Shown here in pieces: positions 11,813 to 23,935 of a DNA stretch of 43,553 nt. The notes under the pieces were generated by a model. That model worked only from the letters and a program-made list of their open reading frames with translations. It searched no databases and had not been told where the DNA came from. This stretch comes from Octopus bimaculoides (taxonomy: Eukaryota): positions 71,697,818-71,741,370 of the forward strand of contig NC_068983.1 in NCBI RefSeq assembly GCF_001194135.2. The letters run 5' to 3'. Made by a program: the position numbers and the translations under genes. Positions within the stretch are counted from its first letter, which is position 1. Each line of letters opens with the position of its first letter.

Positions 11813-12479
11813 GTAAGTTTCCATTTCATTTTACTTTCTGTTTACGTTTTTTAATGTCTGTTCATTTTTATCTCTCTACATAACATGGGAACAAAGCTTA
11901 ATTGTGTGGTTAACAACTTTACAGCCATGTGGCTTCGCATTCAGTTATATATAGCAACTTGGGCAGCTGCTTTGGATCTTTATGGTTTGAGTCACTGCAT
12001 GTTAAAATCTTTAAAAAACAATTTTGATGTAGCATATAGATGTAATTTGTGATGCTGAATCCAAATTTGTTATTCAATTATTCCAGAAGAATTTTTCAAA
12101 GATGTTACAGGGGTTCAAAGTTTGATCATTTTCAGAATTTTCAGCCAATCAGAAAACAACGCATTCACTGCCTCTTCCATCATCTGTCATAGTAGTTACG
12201 GTAGTGATGGGAGGTAGCATGTCAAAACATTAGAAATAACAGTGGAAAACATTAAAACATACACAAGCAAATTAAATGTTTAAAAGTTTCGAGTAAACCA
12301 ACTGGAGTTACTAGAAATAACACTCAAAACATTAAAATATACACAAGCAAAGTAAACAGTGAAAAACATTAAAACATATACAAGCAAATTAAATATTTAA
12401 AAGCTATGAGCAAACCAACTGCAGTTGCTAGAAATAAGTCAGAACATTGCTTAAAACAGACATTTATTAGTTAAAAATT

Positions 12480-13271
12480 TCAAGAACTAAAGTTTGCAAT
12501 ACACTCTAGGATTTTATAAAATAGATTATCTTTTTCATATCTCCTTCCCCACATAAATTTGCAAAGATACAAGTCAACCACATCGGTATTTGTTGAGTGG
12601 GAGTCCCATTTTTTGAGTTTATAAATTCAATGTTATGGTTCACAGTTTTATGTTTGATATCATAGCCATCAATTTCTGCGATATGATTATAAGCTCGCCA
12701 CAGATCATTGAGGATATTGATTCCTGTCGTATGCAGTCCTTTAGTATTTCGCAGTTATGACTTGGTACAGCATAATGGAAAACTTCCCTCATCTTGCGAC
12801 ATACTCCTCCAAAGACCCACTGTTCAGGTAATATCCTCCCTTGGTTGTACTTGCGTTTTGAGTACACTGTTTCATCTATCTCTGCAATCTTTCTGAGACC
12901 ACCTATCTGAACTGGGTTGTGGAGCAGGTCCTCTGTACACAACTCACGAACATAATAGTTGTAATGAACAGCTGTGCTCGGATTCATACCCAGTTATTCC
13001 GTTCAAAATGGATTGAGGTCATTTGCTTGACCCAGGCATATAAAAAAAAAAGGGTATTGTTCTCAGAGAAAAGAGCCACCTTCCAACCATGTATCTTTCT
13101 AGAGAGACACAGACATATTGCAGTTTTCCGTTGGCAATGCCAGTACAAATTCCCATGAACTTTTTTTTTTTCTATGGGATGTCCTTTCTTATAAATCTTC
13201 TTTTCTGGTATTATTCCTTTCTCTTGGAAGAAATATGCTGCATCGTCTTCTGTCTTCACTTTTCCCATCAA
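12480..13271 (-). pseudogene. Merlin/ISXO2-type DDE transposase pseudogene
   Basis: IGGLRKIAEIDETVYSKRKYNQGR...WVFGGVCR, then TVNH..F and YLCKFMWGRRY motifs, spread over several frames. Confidence 0.85.
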
Positions 13272-13611
13272 ACAGGAAAGATGTGGCCATCTCGTGACTG
13301 CTCAAATCGAATTTCTACTATTAGAAAAACAAACAATTATGGAACACGTGGTGGTTACACTCCTTGTGCACATGCGCAACATATTTTGGTTACTATGGAA
13401 ACAAGTTCTTTACAAACAGTTATGGAACATAATGTGGTTACACTCCCTGGTTACTATGGAAATAGTTCTTTGCTAACTATGCTAACAGAACTTCACAGTG
13501 ATGTGTAAAATACTCGCTTCTGATTGGCTAAAATACCCAAATTTTGCAAGCTTTAAAGGCTAATAACTTTTTAATCATAAATTAAAGGGAAAATGATTTT
13601 CATTTTCGTAA

Positions 13612-14570
13612 TCTCTCTCTATATAAAATTATTTGTCTCTCTGTCTGTCTGTTCTCTATGCATTCTCAAACGCCTCGACCAAATCAAATCAAATTCTACA
13701 AGGTAATAGTATTACACCCTGCAAGTGTCAACATGTAATTTTTATTTTCATTTGTATTGAAACAGTATAACATTTTCTCAAGAATAATCTTTCTATAGTC
13801 AACTATAGCAACAGACATTTTATATGACATCACATTTTGTATTTGTGTTTGTAAGTGTGTGTATGTTTGCACATTCATTGCATACAAGATAGTAAAGGAC
13901 ATTTATACCATAACAACAACACATCTCTATCATTCTCTCTAGTGTTTACCATTGTAATGATGTCTGGTGATAGATATTTCGTAAAGGACCCATTCGTATC
14001 TTGGTGTGAAATAATTTTTTTCTACGTTTTTTTTCAAGTGCATTTAATGTCTGACCGCCAAATCTGCTGCAAGCCACTATTTTCCGGAAAAGAAAGTGGG
14101 AGAGGGGTCAAAAAATTATTTCACAGCGAAATATCGGTGGGTCCTTTATTGCAAATAACTGTTACGTGGTAGTATGGCGTGCTAGAAATAGCAGCCATAT
14201 CTTTCTTTTTCTGGGGAAAGGAGCCGTTCATGCGTGATTTCAATGTCACATTCGTTGAAAGTATGCAAAATAACCTGGAAAAGAAAACAAAAACCCGCAA
14301 AACAAAACTCCATCGGTGGGAAACTCTGAGATCCCCACCCCTCCCCCCTTTCTTTTCTGGAAAAAAGTGGCTTGCAGCGGGTTTGGAGGTCAGATACATT
14401 GAATACACTTGAAAAAAATTATTTCAGGCCGATGTACGAATGGGTCCTTTACAAAATATTTACTTCACCTTACCTAGAAAGGAAGGTGTCAAATTACACT
14501 ACAAGCAAAGAGTACTGTGTTAAGGTTATGAGTTAATAACCTGAGTGAAACCGGGTCTTCTGCTTGTTAG
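13612..14570 (+). mobile_element. Putative non-autonomous Helitron-like element
   Basis: Starts A|TC..tatataaaa followed by a gtctgtctg tract; ends gagtgaaaccgggtcttctgcttgttag|T (degenerate hairpin plus CTAG-like end). Sits at an AT site with no TSD. Confidence 0.45.
13966..14469. mobile_element. Long-TIR MITE (~135-bp imperfect TIRs), possibly TTAA-targeting (Kolobok-like)
   Basis: gtaaaggacccattcgta..tgaaataatttttt..ttcaagtg..gctgcaagccact..gaaaagaaag..gaggggt is mirrored at 14335-14469. TSD decayed. Confidence 0.75.
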
Positions 14571-14710
14571 TATACAAAACTTAATCCATATATCAAATTT
14601 GAAAACAGTTGGAACAAAATTGGAGATAGTGATTTAAACCACAAAGATCTGTTGTTTCTAACGTAGCCCCTGGTTGACCAGTACCTTGTGAGCAGAATTT
14701 GGTAGAGGTG

Positions 14711-14741
<31 letters not shown>

Positions 14742-15317
14742 ATAGATGAGGGGGTGTTGTAAAGTTCCTGGTTTGGGGTTAAAGAAAGTGCAGGAGTACC
14801 AGTTAATTATGATTTTATTCAACATAATCTCCTCTCAGATTCACACACTTATTGATAAACGTTAATGAATGATGATGATTACAGCAGCCCTTTCAATGAT
14901 GCTAATGTTAACAAGTTATGCTATGTAACAAACCACTTCATAACTGTAGTCATACCAGTGTTTACAATAAATGCACCACTCAGTGGCTTTGTGCACAGCT
15001 ACCTTGGGATTGGAACAACAGAGATATTCATAAGCCTTGACATTTGACACATTGTAGTGCTAGTGTTGAAGGGACTAACCATCAAATCCACTACTAATGC
15101 TAATACTGCATCAGCTAGTACAAGTTTTCATTTATATAAGAATTAGTGAAATATGAATATTCAGTTTTGTTGATGCCTAAAAAATATGATGAAGACCCCC
15201 CCCCCCAAGCATCTTCATGACATGTTAGAAGTCACAAATCTATGTTGTTTTTGTTTCGAGTCCTTAAAATTATATTCTTCATTACTACCTTTAACGACAT
15301 CTCATTCTATATTTCAG

Positions 15318-15550
15318 TAACATTCCAGATCTCGGCCCTGTTATTATTTGGTCTGAAAACTGGTCACAAAGATTGGCTTACCAACCATCGACACATCCAT
15401 TTATCCTGGTCTTATGGTCTTTGTGCAGGTGGAGCTTTGATACTTATATTTGCAGCATTGTTTTTTGCTTTAGCTGCATTTACTGCGTATGATACTAAAA
15501 AGGCAAAAGCCAAAGCCAAAAAGTTTGCCCTGTCTGTGCATAGATATTAG
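15318..15550 (+). CDS. Claudin/PMP22-superfamily membrane protein, terminal coding exon
   Basis: atttcAG| acceptor in phase 1. Reads ITFQISALLLFG..DWL..HLSWSYGLCAGGALILIFAALFFALA..KKAKAKAKK..HRY*. LSWSY before the last TM segment is typical of invertebrate claudin-like proteins. Confidence 0.8.
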
Positions 15551-16185
15551 CTCTGATACTCTCGCTACTTAAATCATTCTGATTTAAGTAGCTAAAGTAT
15601 ATTGGTTGTATATTATTTATTTATACTTTACATAAGAAACTGTAGAAATATTTTTTTACTTTTACAAAAAAAATATGAAACAAATGTTTTCTAATTCTAC
15701 ATAAAGCTATGTTTAATCTCTGTCAGTCTGTCACTGCCTGCAGCTCAAACCAAGGCGCAGTTGTTAGCAGAGCTGTACATTTGAAAACAGGGATCAATGG
15801 TGAGTGGCCATTGATGGTTCACTAATCAAAATATCCACTTTTACTTGAGTGTTGTTAAATATGGCAGCCTGCTTGTAATTCAACTTAAATCATTTAACAC
15901 ATATCATATGAGATTTGTGTGGCAGTTTTACTTGTTTAGATAATTGTTTACAAAATTTCAAAATTGCACAGTATCATTCTTGATCAAATATTGTTAACTT
16001 GGGTATTAACCCCAAATAACCTTTACATACATGTAACAGATATCCATGTTTATTGCATTTTCAACCTCAGTATTTATGGAGTTGATTTAGAAACATCACC
16101 CTCCTTGGTAAGAAACACCAATTTATTGCAAGTTTTATATTCTAGGACAACACTTGTCAATTCTACATTCCTCTCTGTTTAGAGC

Positions 16186-16191
16186 AATAAA
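16186..16191 (+). terminator. Candidate poly(A) signal of the claudin-like gene
   Basis: First AATAAA seen downstream of the stop at 15550. Confidence 0.35.
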
Positions 16192-16726
16192 CTGTGCATC
16201 AGCCATACAATAAGTTGTCCATCATAAAGCTGATTACCTTCAAATTACAGTCCACCTTAGAAAAAATGGACATTTATAACCCTAAAACGTTGAGGTGGTC
16301 ATGGCTGAAATGCTTCATCAGGCTGACCGGGACCTAAATAGCAACTAATACATAGCTATGTAACTCACTATGCTTTTGTTGGGTACACTGCATATCAGCG
16401 ATGAGATATGAACTGTTGGGCTTTGAATTAATTCTTTCATTACTTTAAAATATTAAATATATTCTTGTAATGTCTTAGTTGAAATATAAACATTCATCAA
16501 ACACTTCACATAATCTTTTCTATACAAATATATTTTTTAAATATCAAATTCACATTTTTTACTTCATCATAAAATTTTTTTTCTACAAAACATTTGATAA
16601 ATTTGCAATCTTTGCTTATCAGCAGCATATCACAGCTAATAATTAACACCCTTTGTGATGTTAATTATTAGTTAAATATATTTTGTAAATAGATTTTTTA
16701 AAATCCATTTTTATATATCCTGAATA

Positions 16727-18375
16727 CATTGTACAACAAATTTCAGGGTCAAGAAAAAAACATAGTTCTCATGTACATTTTATTATGAAGGTGATTGTGC
16801 TAAAATCAAATTTTATAACAAAAATTTCCATTCAGCTCACATTTTCTTGTAAATTACCAACTTAATAACTATGCAATTTATATTAATTTCCATGATACCA
16901 TAAATTTATTTTTCTCCCAAAGTCAGATTAATATGTCCATTGTAATTAATTTATAAATATATAATGAATCAGAAAGTTTGTTAACATTATATAATGTATT
17001 AAGCTACATTTTAGTATTTACTTCTTCGTTTATAAGACATCTCAGATGTGTCACGCTTCAGATTCCAGCAGAAGCCAGCTAGCATAGCTGGGCTCCATTT
17101 TCCCTTATACCTGTTTTCCACTGATGCTATATCTGGATGGAACCTCTCTCCTGTATCCTCTGGGAAGAAGAACAGATGAGAATGAAGAAAGTGTATCTTC
17201 AGTGACATATTGCATCTGAGATCTTGGTAGCACTTGATTAGGCTCTCCACTATACTCTCTCGCTGGGCCACTTCTTGCTTTCCCAGAAATCCTTTGCATG
17301 CATCTTTGAATACATTCCAGGCTGCTAGCTCAGTTTTATCCATTGTCACCTCGAAGTCCTCATCAGCTTATAAGTTGATGAATCTGAGGGCCTATGAATA
17401 TGCCTTCTTTAATCTTGGCATCACTTATTTTAGGGAAGATCGCCTCGAGGTACTGGAAACGACTTATATTGCAGTGCTTTAGTAAATTGCTTCATTATGC
17501 CTAATTTTAAATGCAGTGGTGGCAAAATGATTTTCTCCTTAACTAGTGGCTCATGATTTACACTGACATTCAGGCGTCATAGTTTCCCGAGGTGGCCATT
17601 CTGAGCATAATGTTCTGATCTGGCCCTACTGTCCCACTTGCAAAGGAAACATAAACTTGGTGTATCCAGTTTGAAGCCCATTAAGTAGGGCTACTAAAGT
17701 CAAGTTCACACAAATTAGCCACTCATGCTCCTTGTAACTTGTGAGGTTCTCATGTCTCTCTTAAAATGACCGAGTGAGCAATTGGAACTGAAGGCATGGT
17801 GTTCCCATTGTGCAAAAGAACTGCTTTTATGCTGTAAAGGGATGCATCTTTGAACAACCTCCACTCATTTGGTTCATAGGTCAGCTCAAGGGCATTGAAT
17901 AGGTCTCTGATATCATTATAATAAGTAAAGTTGTTTTCCAAAGTGAAGAATTGCAGAACACTTACCAAATATTGTAACTTGAGCATCTTTATCCAACAGA
18001 TTTTTAGTGAGTGTTAGATCACAAACTAGATCATTGAGTTCAGGTTGGGTGGTGAGGTGTGGTTTCTTGTCAAATTTACCACAGATTTGGACCCATATAA
18101 CTATAGGTTAGGTTGACAAATACCTTTGGAACACCCCACTAAAATTATATCAAAATCTGTTCATAACTTTTAGGGTTGTCAGTATCAGCCCAGTCCTGTT
18201 TGCACTCAATTCCTACGGAACCATCAGTGTATTTAACGTAAAATGGTAATTTACAAGAAACTGGATATTCACAGGAAGAAATGGATGTTATATTCATGAT
18301 CTACACACAAAATACTCCTAGAGAAGATTATTTTCATATCCGTTTTGTTTTGTTTTTTTGCATTGTTATACAGTG
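16727..18375 (-). mobile_element. Internally deleted Chapaev3 (CMC superfamily) DNA transposon
   Basis: Ends cattgtacaacaa and ttgttatacagtg. 3-bp direct repeat ATA on both sides. Perfect 17-bp inner inverted repeat (16843-16859, 18244-18260). Transposase remnant inside. Confidence 0.8.
17011..17986 (-). pseudogene. Chapaev3-type transposase pseudogene, C-terminal half
   Basis: WRLFKDAS..IKAVLLHNGN, GLQTGYTK, WDSRAR, LPPLHLKLGIMKQF, KEGIFIGPQI, CNMSLKIHFLHSH, GERFH and CWNLKR motifs, with frameshifts. Confidence 0.85.
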
Positions 18376-19183
18376 ATATCGAAGACCTATTATCATATTT
18401 GTTCTTCAAATTAAAATATTTGTAACATTTTTGGATTGAGTTATAAAGGTACTTTACATTTTTTTTTTTTTTTTTTTAAACATTTTAGAGGAATATTGTA
18501 GCATCTACAATAATTTTTTTTTTTTGTCTATAATGCATAAGTTTATCACTTCTGTTGCTAATTACATTATAAATGAATAGCCTATATTATCAAGTGATAT
18601 TGAAGCTGTTTGAGTTGATTAAATATTGTAATTATTCTTAAATGTCTCAATTTTTCCATAAACTAATTCCACTGCATTTAAAGTCATTGTCCTGAACATG
18701 AGTTTTGCAGTAATTAACTGGGCAATGGGGTTTTATCAAATTAATAACCGAAGTTCATATATTTTGATAATCTTAATATTTTTCATCATATACAAGAAGT
18801 TAAACGTTTAGAATATTTTTCATTGTGTAACTTGCATATTTATTGAAACAGCTTGTGGGACTTCTGAAATTCATGTTTCATCACACATTAAATGTTTTTA
18901 TACCTGAAACTTCAAACTTGTTTGAAAAGTAAACATCATAAAAGTCATAATTATAGACTTGTCATTATTGTCATGTTTATTTTCAGTGCAGTCACATGGG
19001 CTCCTTGAAACATAATAAACTGACAAAAGATGTCAGGAAAACTTCTGTCTGAATTGTCAAACAAGGCATGGTTAGTGCAATTTGAAGCCAAAATAATTAT
19101 AGATGATATAAAAGAAACTCCATTCTTCTATACATTTCGTATTGCGACCATTGTGAGAATCAACATTTTTTTTTCTGGTATCT

Positions 19184-19450
19184 TTTACTTGTTTTAATCA
19201 TTGAACCCTGGCCAGGCTGGAGTACTGCTTGAAGAGTTTAATTGAACAGTACTTATTTCTTTAGTCTGGTACTTATTCTAGTGATCTCTTTTACAGACGT
19301 ACACACAACAGGCTTCTTCCAGTTCCCATCTACCAAATCTGTTTACAAGGCTTTTGTAGGTTATAGTAGGAAACACTTGCCGGAGATGCCATGCAGTGGG
19401 ACTGAACCTAGAATCAAGTGATCTGGAAGCAAACTTCTTACCATGCACCT
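19184..19450 (-). mobile_element. Degraded SINE (family of 10041-10427)
   Basis: Reverse-complement head gcagtgggactgaacc and tail ttacttgtttt..gctggagtac. Confidence 0.65.
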
Positions 19451-19754
19451 ATGTATCTTCATTATTTGCTAGGAAAAGCAGTGAAGCTTGTGAAACTAAC
19501 TGAACGATTAGTAATAGCTGATAGATTGAAATTGTTGGAAGCCAAACATAACAAGTCAATGACTTTATTTTTAAAATACCATAAGCAGCATTTTCTAAGT
19601 TGAAGCAATTGAAAGAAAACTGAGCAGGCTTGCACTTTGTGGACATAGTTCAGGAAATGGTGAATTAGAATCATTAGTTAAACAAATTTCCATCATGGTT
19701 GCTTGTTTTCCATGTTGACTACATATATACATATTTCGTACTGTTCACTAAAAT

Positions 19755-20097
19755 GTGGTCGATGCCAGGTCCGCCTGACTGGCTCCCACGCTAGTGGCAT
19801 GTAAAAAGCACCAACCGAATATGGCCAATGCCAGTAACCCCTGACTGGCCCCCGTCTTGATAGCACATAAAAAGCGCTATCTGAATGTAATTGATGCCAA
19901 GCCCACCTGACTGGTTTCTGTGCCGGTGGCACATAAAAAGCACCCACTACACTCTCAGAGTGGTTGGTATCAGAAAGGGCATCCAGCTGTAGAAGCATTG
20001 CCAGATCAGCCTGGCGCAGCTGCTGGCTCTCCAGACCTCTGTCAAACCGTCCAACCCATTCCAGCATGGAAAACGGACGTTAAACAATGATGATGAT
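19755..20097 (+). mobile_element. RTE 3' UTR copy with three modules
   Basis: Modules at about 19791, 19858 and 19923; gaagggcatccagctgtag; (GAT)n tail. Confidence 0.8.
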
Positions 20098-20409
20098 AAT
20101 AACTATTCTAACAATAATAGAACTTGGGTTATGCAGTATTAGTAACAACAACAGCAGTAAAGATTTTATCAGCTTTCATAATTGTGAAAACTAAGTCATT
20201 TTACCAGATACAAATTATTTTGTGCTGTATATGACATAACTTAAGTAAAAAGAGAAACATTTGTGCTTAACTTGTTTTTCAAGTAGCGACATCATTGACA
20301 ATAAGGCTTTCATATAAGTAGGTTATCTCCCTTGGCTAGGCGGTGTTCCATGTATATAATTAAACTTCCGCAGACTACCCACGCCATTGTTATTGTTTTA
20401 CGTCATATC

Positions 20410-20910
20410 ATGGATATAAAGCAGCTTGATGATTCAGCTATCGAAGTACTTACTGTGCCTGAGTTAAAGAAATATTTAAGATTATATGGACAGTATGTTA
20501 CTGGAAGAAAGGCGGACTTGACTGAAAGGAATAAAAATTCTGTCAATGAAGAATGTCAACAAAGTAAATTCATCGGACGATACTTCAGACAGGAATAAGC
20601 AGAAGCTTATATCTCCTCTCGGTGAAGTATCGCCTGATCTAAAGATCTTTGTAAGTTGCCGAATTTCACAGATAATTACCTCGTGCTACGGATGAAAGCA
20701 AAGCAACAGTTAAGGAGTGGCATATTTTACCACGACAGACACGTACACAGCATCGAATACTACGATGTGAGTGAAAGCTGCTCTCACTGTATTGTCCGGT
20801 GTCTGGTAATCCCTTCAATACCGACATCAAACCAAAAAAAGAATCCTGACCACAGAGTGTGGGTAATTATGTCAAAGGTCACTGGCAATGTGCATTCAGC
20901 TGATTGCAGC
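20410..20910 (+). pseudogene. SAP-domain plus SWIM-lead-in gene remnant, probably a transposon accessory gene
   Basis: LTVPELKKYLRLYGQYVTGRKADLTER fits SAP. Followed by frameshifted KLISPLGEVSPD, NYLV and VIPS...HRVWV....G.VHSADC, ending where a SWIM CxC would begin. Confidence 0.6.
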
Positions 20911-21671
20911 AAGTCACTGAGCATGCGTACATGTCATACGGGAGAGTTCCAATCAGGGGTGGATAACAACCTTATAGGAACCCCCTATAGATATATACAT
21001 ACATAATTCAGTCCATGTAAAAGTGACATGACAAATTATTTATGTGTATAGGTGTGGCTGTGTGATTAAGTTTGTTTCCCAACCATATGGTTTTGAGTTC
21101 AGATACACTACATAGCTCCTTGGGAAAGTATCATCTACTGTAGCCCTAGACCTGTGATTCCCAACATGGGGCATGGTAATATTTTGGGGAGGCATGCTTA
21201 GAGTTATGCTGAATTTTTATACCTTTTGTACACAATGTTTAGTATACCAATAGAGAAAGGTGACAATTTGAGAATGAGTTATTAAAAAAAGAATTCTTTA
21301 CATCCCCTATGGACAATTTTATCAAATTTTGGACACTTTAGAGACAACAGGTCGTTTTCATCTTATTCATAAGATCTGACGTCACTAAAAAGGGAAGTGG
21401 TGTGTGAAGAAAACATGTAGGTAATTACAAATGCGTGTGTGTGTAGTATAGAACTGGTCAGTACTGAAAGCAATGCCATCTTAATTCCCTATGGAGAAAT
21501 AAACTGGAGACAGACTTATGTGTGTGGGTGTGTCTAAGACAGTGTGGGATGAAAGAATTGAATGGTGTGAAATGGAGTGGAAGGAGTAGTGTCTGTGAAG
21601 GAAGAGAAAGAGGCAGATAGAGAGAGATTTATGGTACTGGTAACGCACACATATACACACATGTATATATA

Positions 21672-22105
21672 NNNNNNNNNNNNNNNNNNNNNNNNNNNNN
21701 NNNNNNNNNNNNNNNNNNNNNNNNNNNNNNNNNNNNNNNNNNNNNNNNNNNNNNNNNNNNNNNNNNNNNNNNNNNNNNNNNNNNNNNNNNNNNNNNNNNN
21801 NNNNNNNNNNNNNNNNNNNNNNNNNNNNNNNNNNNNNNNNNNNNNNNNNNNNNNNNNNNNNNNNNNNNNNNNNNNNNNNNNNNNNNNNNNNNNNNNNNNN
21901 NNNNNNNNNNNNNNNNNNNNNNNNNNNNNNNNNNNNNNNNNNNNNNNNNNNNNNNNNNNNNNNNNNNNNNNNNNNNNNNNNNNNNNNNNNNNNNNNNNNN
22001 NNNNNNNNNNNNNNNNNNNNNNNNNNNNNNNNNNNNNNNNNNNNNNNNNNNNNNNNNNNNNNNNNNNNNNNNNNNNNNNNNNNNNNNNNNNNNNNNNNNN
22101 NNNNN
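21672..22105. other. Assembly gap (N run)
   Basis: Direct reading; follows a (TA/CA)n tract. Confidence 1.
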
Positions 22106-22869
22106 GATATTTTTTAATAAAATTGTCTACGAATATGTGTTATATCATATAGATTCCAAATATACAAAATTTTGTGGGGAAAGTATTTTAGGAGGGGAAT
22201 TTTGGAAAATTCACCAGAGTCCACTTCAATTTGTCTTAACTTTAAAGAAAATAGATATTTTTTAATGAAATTCTCTACAAATATACCTCAGATTATGTAG
22301 ATTCCGGGGACATAGGAATTTTGGGGGCTGTTTCCCACTCGCGGGTGTTTCTGAACAAGTCATCCATATTGGTTTCATTTTCTCCGTTTGTGCATCCATA
22401 GATTTCTACTGAAGCAACAAACAGGCAATGAAGGCAAATGAAGTCCTCAAAAATAAGTTTTCCTCACCAATATTTTAATAAAGAATTGAAAACTAGATCT
22501 TAGATTAATGAATATTTACTATCAAAGTTGCATTTATTTTTTTTATGAGAAAAAAATTTATTTTGAAATTGAGGGGGAAATAGAAAGGAATATAAAATAA
22601 CAAAACTTATAACATTTCATGTTATTAGCAATAACTTAATATGAAGTTGAGCATTACTTTTTGAAGTCATTACGGATTCTACTCAATTGAATGACTCTTG
22701 TTCCACTAATTATTCCAGCTAGAGGAATCAAAGAATCCCTTACTTGAAAAACAGATGGTGGGGAGGGACAACAGCAGGAAAAGCATCTGGTCACATATAC
22801 CAGCATAAAAAAAGTGGAAGTAAAATAAACAAACAAACAAGAAAATAACAATGAATTATTAAATACTTG

Positions 22870-23158
22870 CCTGTACCGCTGGAGCAAGATCGTTGCCAGC
22901 ACCGCTGGACTGGCTCCTGTGCAGGTGGCACATAAAATACACCATTTCGAGCATTGCCGCCTGACTGGCCTTCGTGCTGGTGGCACGTAAAAGCACCCAC
23001 TACACTCTCGGAGTGGTTGGTGTTAGGAAGGGCATCCATCTATAGAAACTCTGCCAAATCAGATTGGAGCCTGGTGTAGCCACCTGGTCCACCAGTCCTC
23101 AGTCAAATCGTCCAACCCATGCTAGCATGGAAAGCGGACGTTAAACGATGATTGATGA
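22870..23158 (+). mobile_element. RTE 3' UTR copy with two modules
   Basis: Close match to 11225-11610 and 32665-32962; ccatgctagcatgg and a GAT tail. Confidence 0.85.
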
Positions 23159-23580
23159 TATCTTTCACAAACTCTGTGAAAATAACTAACCTGCAGTAGG
23201 CATTAAAAAGAGTAATAAAATTGTTAATTTAGATAAAAATAAACACATCAAGTATAGAAAGGAATGTACAATATTTATTATGGCAACATATATATACATA
23301 AACACTTATTAAAAAGTCGTGGACTTCATGTTAAGCTATCACAAGGACTACATGTCTGAAACAGTGTTTCAGACATGCATTAAAAGCTAAAAGTATATAT
23401 TAGCTTGCATTTATTGGACTGTAAGTTCTAACCGCTTTATCACCTTAATTCAGAACTATCAGAGTAAAAACTTTCTGAAGTTTTACAATATATCTGAAAG
23501 AATGAAAATATTTTTGCATTAAATTCGAAAAAAATCATAAAAATAAAATTCTTTAAATTTTTTTTTTTTTTGTAATTGTT

Positions 23581-23935
23581 TTATGTACAACATTTATTTT
23601 CTTTCGAATGAGTCTGGTTTTTAGTATCTGATAAATTAACTGTACTCTTTGAGTGAGTAGGCTTCATGGTTAAGTCTGATGTATAAGGAAGACAGTATTG
23701 TAAAATGTATTCAAAAACTTCATCTACATTATATCCTGTGCGACTTGAAGTCTCAAAATAAGGAGGCTTTTGTAATTTTTCCATTGGTTGGTTTGCATTC
23801 ATTTCAAGTGCCAGTTTCTCAGCAGCTTCTACTGACACTTGCCTTGAGCCTGGGGATGTAATATCATATTTGGTTCCAACTACTATTTTTAAGCAACTAT
23901 CCTGTGCTGATGAAAGAAGTGGTAGAAAGCGCATC
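23581..23935 (-). CDS. RAB20: Rab20-like GTPase exon 5 (last)
   Basis: tttcaaAG|g. Reads MRFLPLLSSAQDSCLKIVVGTKYD...YFETSSRTGYNVDEVF...KCCT*. G4/G5 boxes and a CCx prenylation motif; resembles human RAB20 RFLGL..DCLFAIVGNKVD and FETSAKTGYNVD. Confidence 0.92.

Larger units (their letters stand above)
12000..14620 (-). mobile_element. Merlin (IS1016/ISXO2-like) DNA transposon, decayed, right end interrupted by nested insertions
   Basis: Transposase remnants inside. Inverted subterminal blocks ttttcagccaatcagaa (~12142) and ttctgattggctaaaa (~13518). Outer boundaries approximate. Confidence 0.6.

Noticed and set aside
12984-12987. ATGA stop-start overlap between two Merlin ORFs
   Set aside because: Known Merlin transposases are single ORFs and this copy has other frameshifts, so it is most simply a decay mutation.
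16636-16671. 13-bp perfect inverted repeat with a 10-nt loop
   Set aside because: Very AT-rich and short; no TSD or context to support a function.
21577-22152. 191-aa ORF
   Set aside because: Runs through the N gap.
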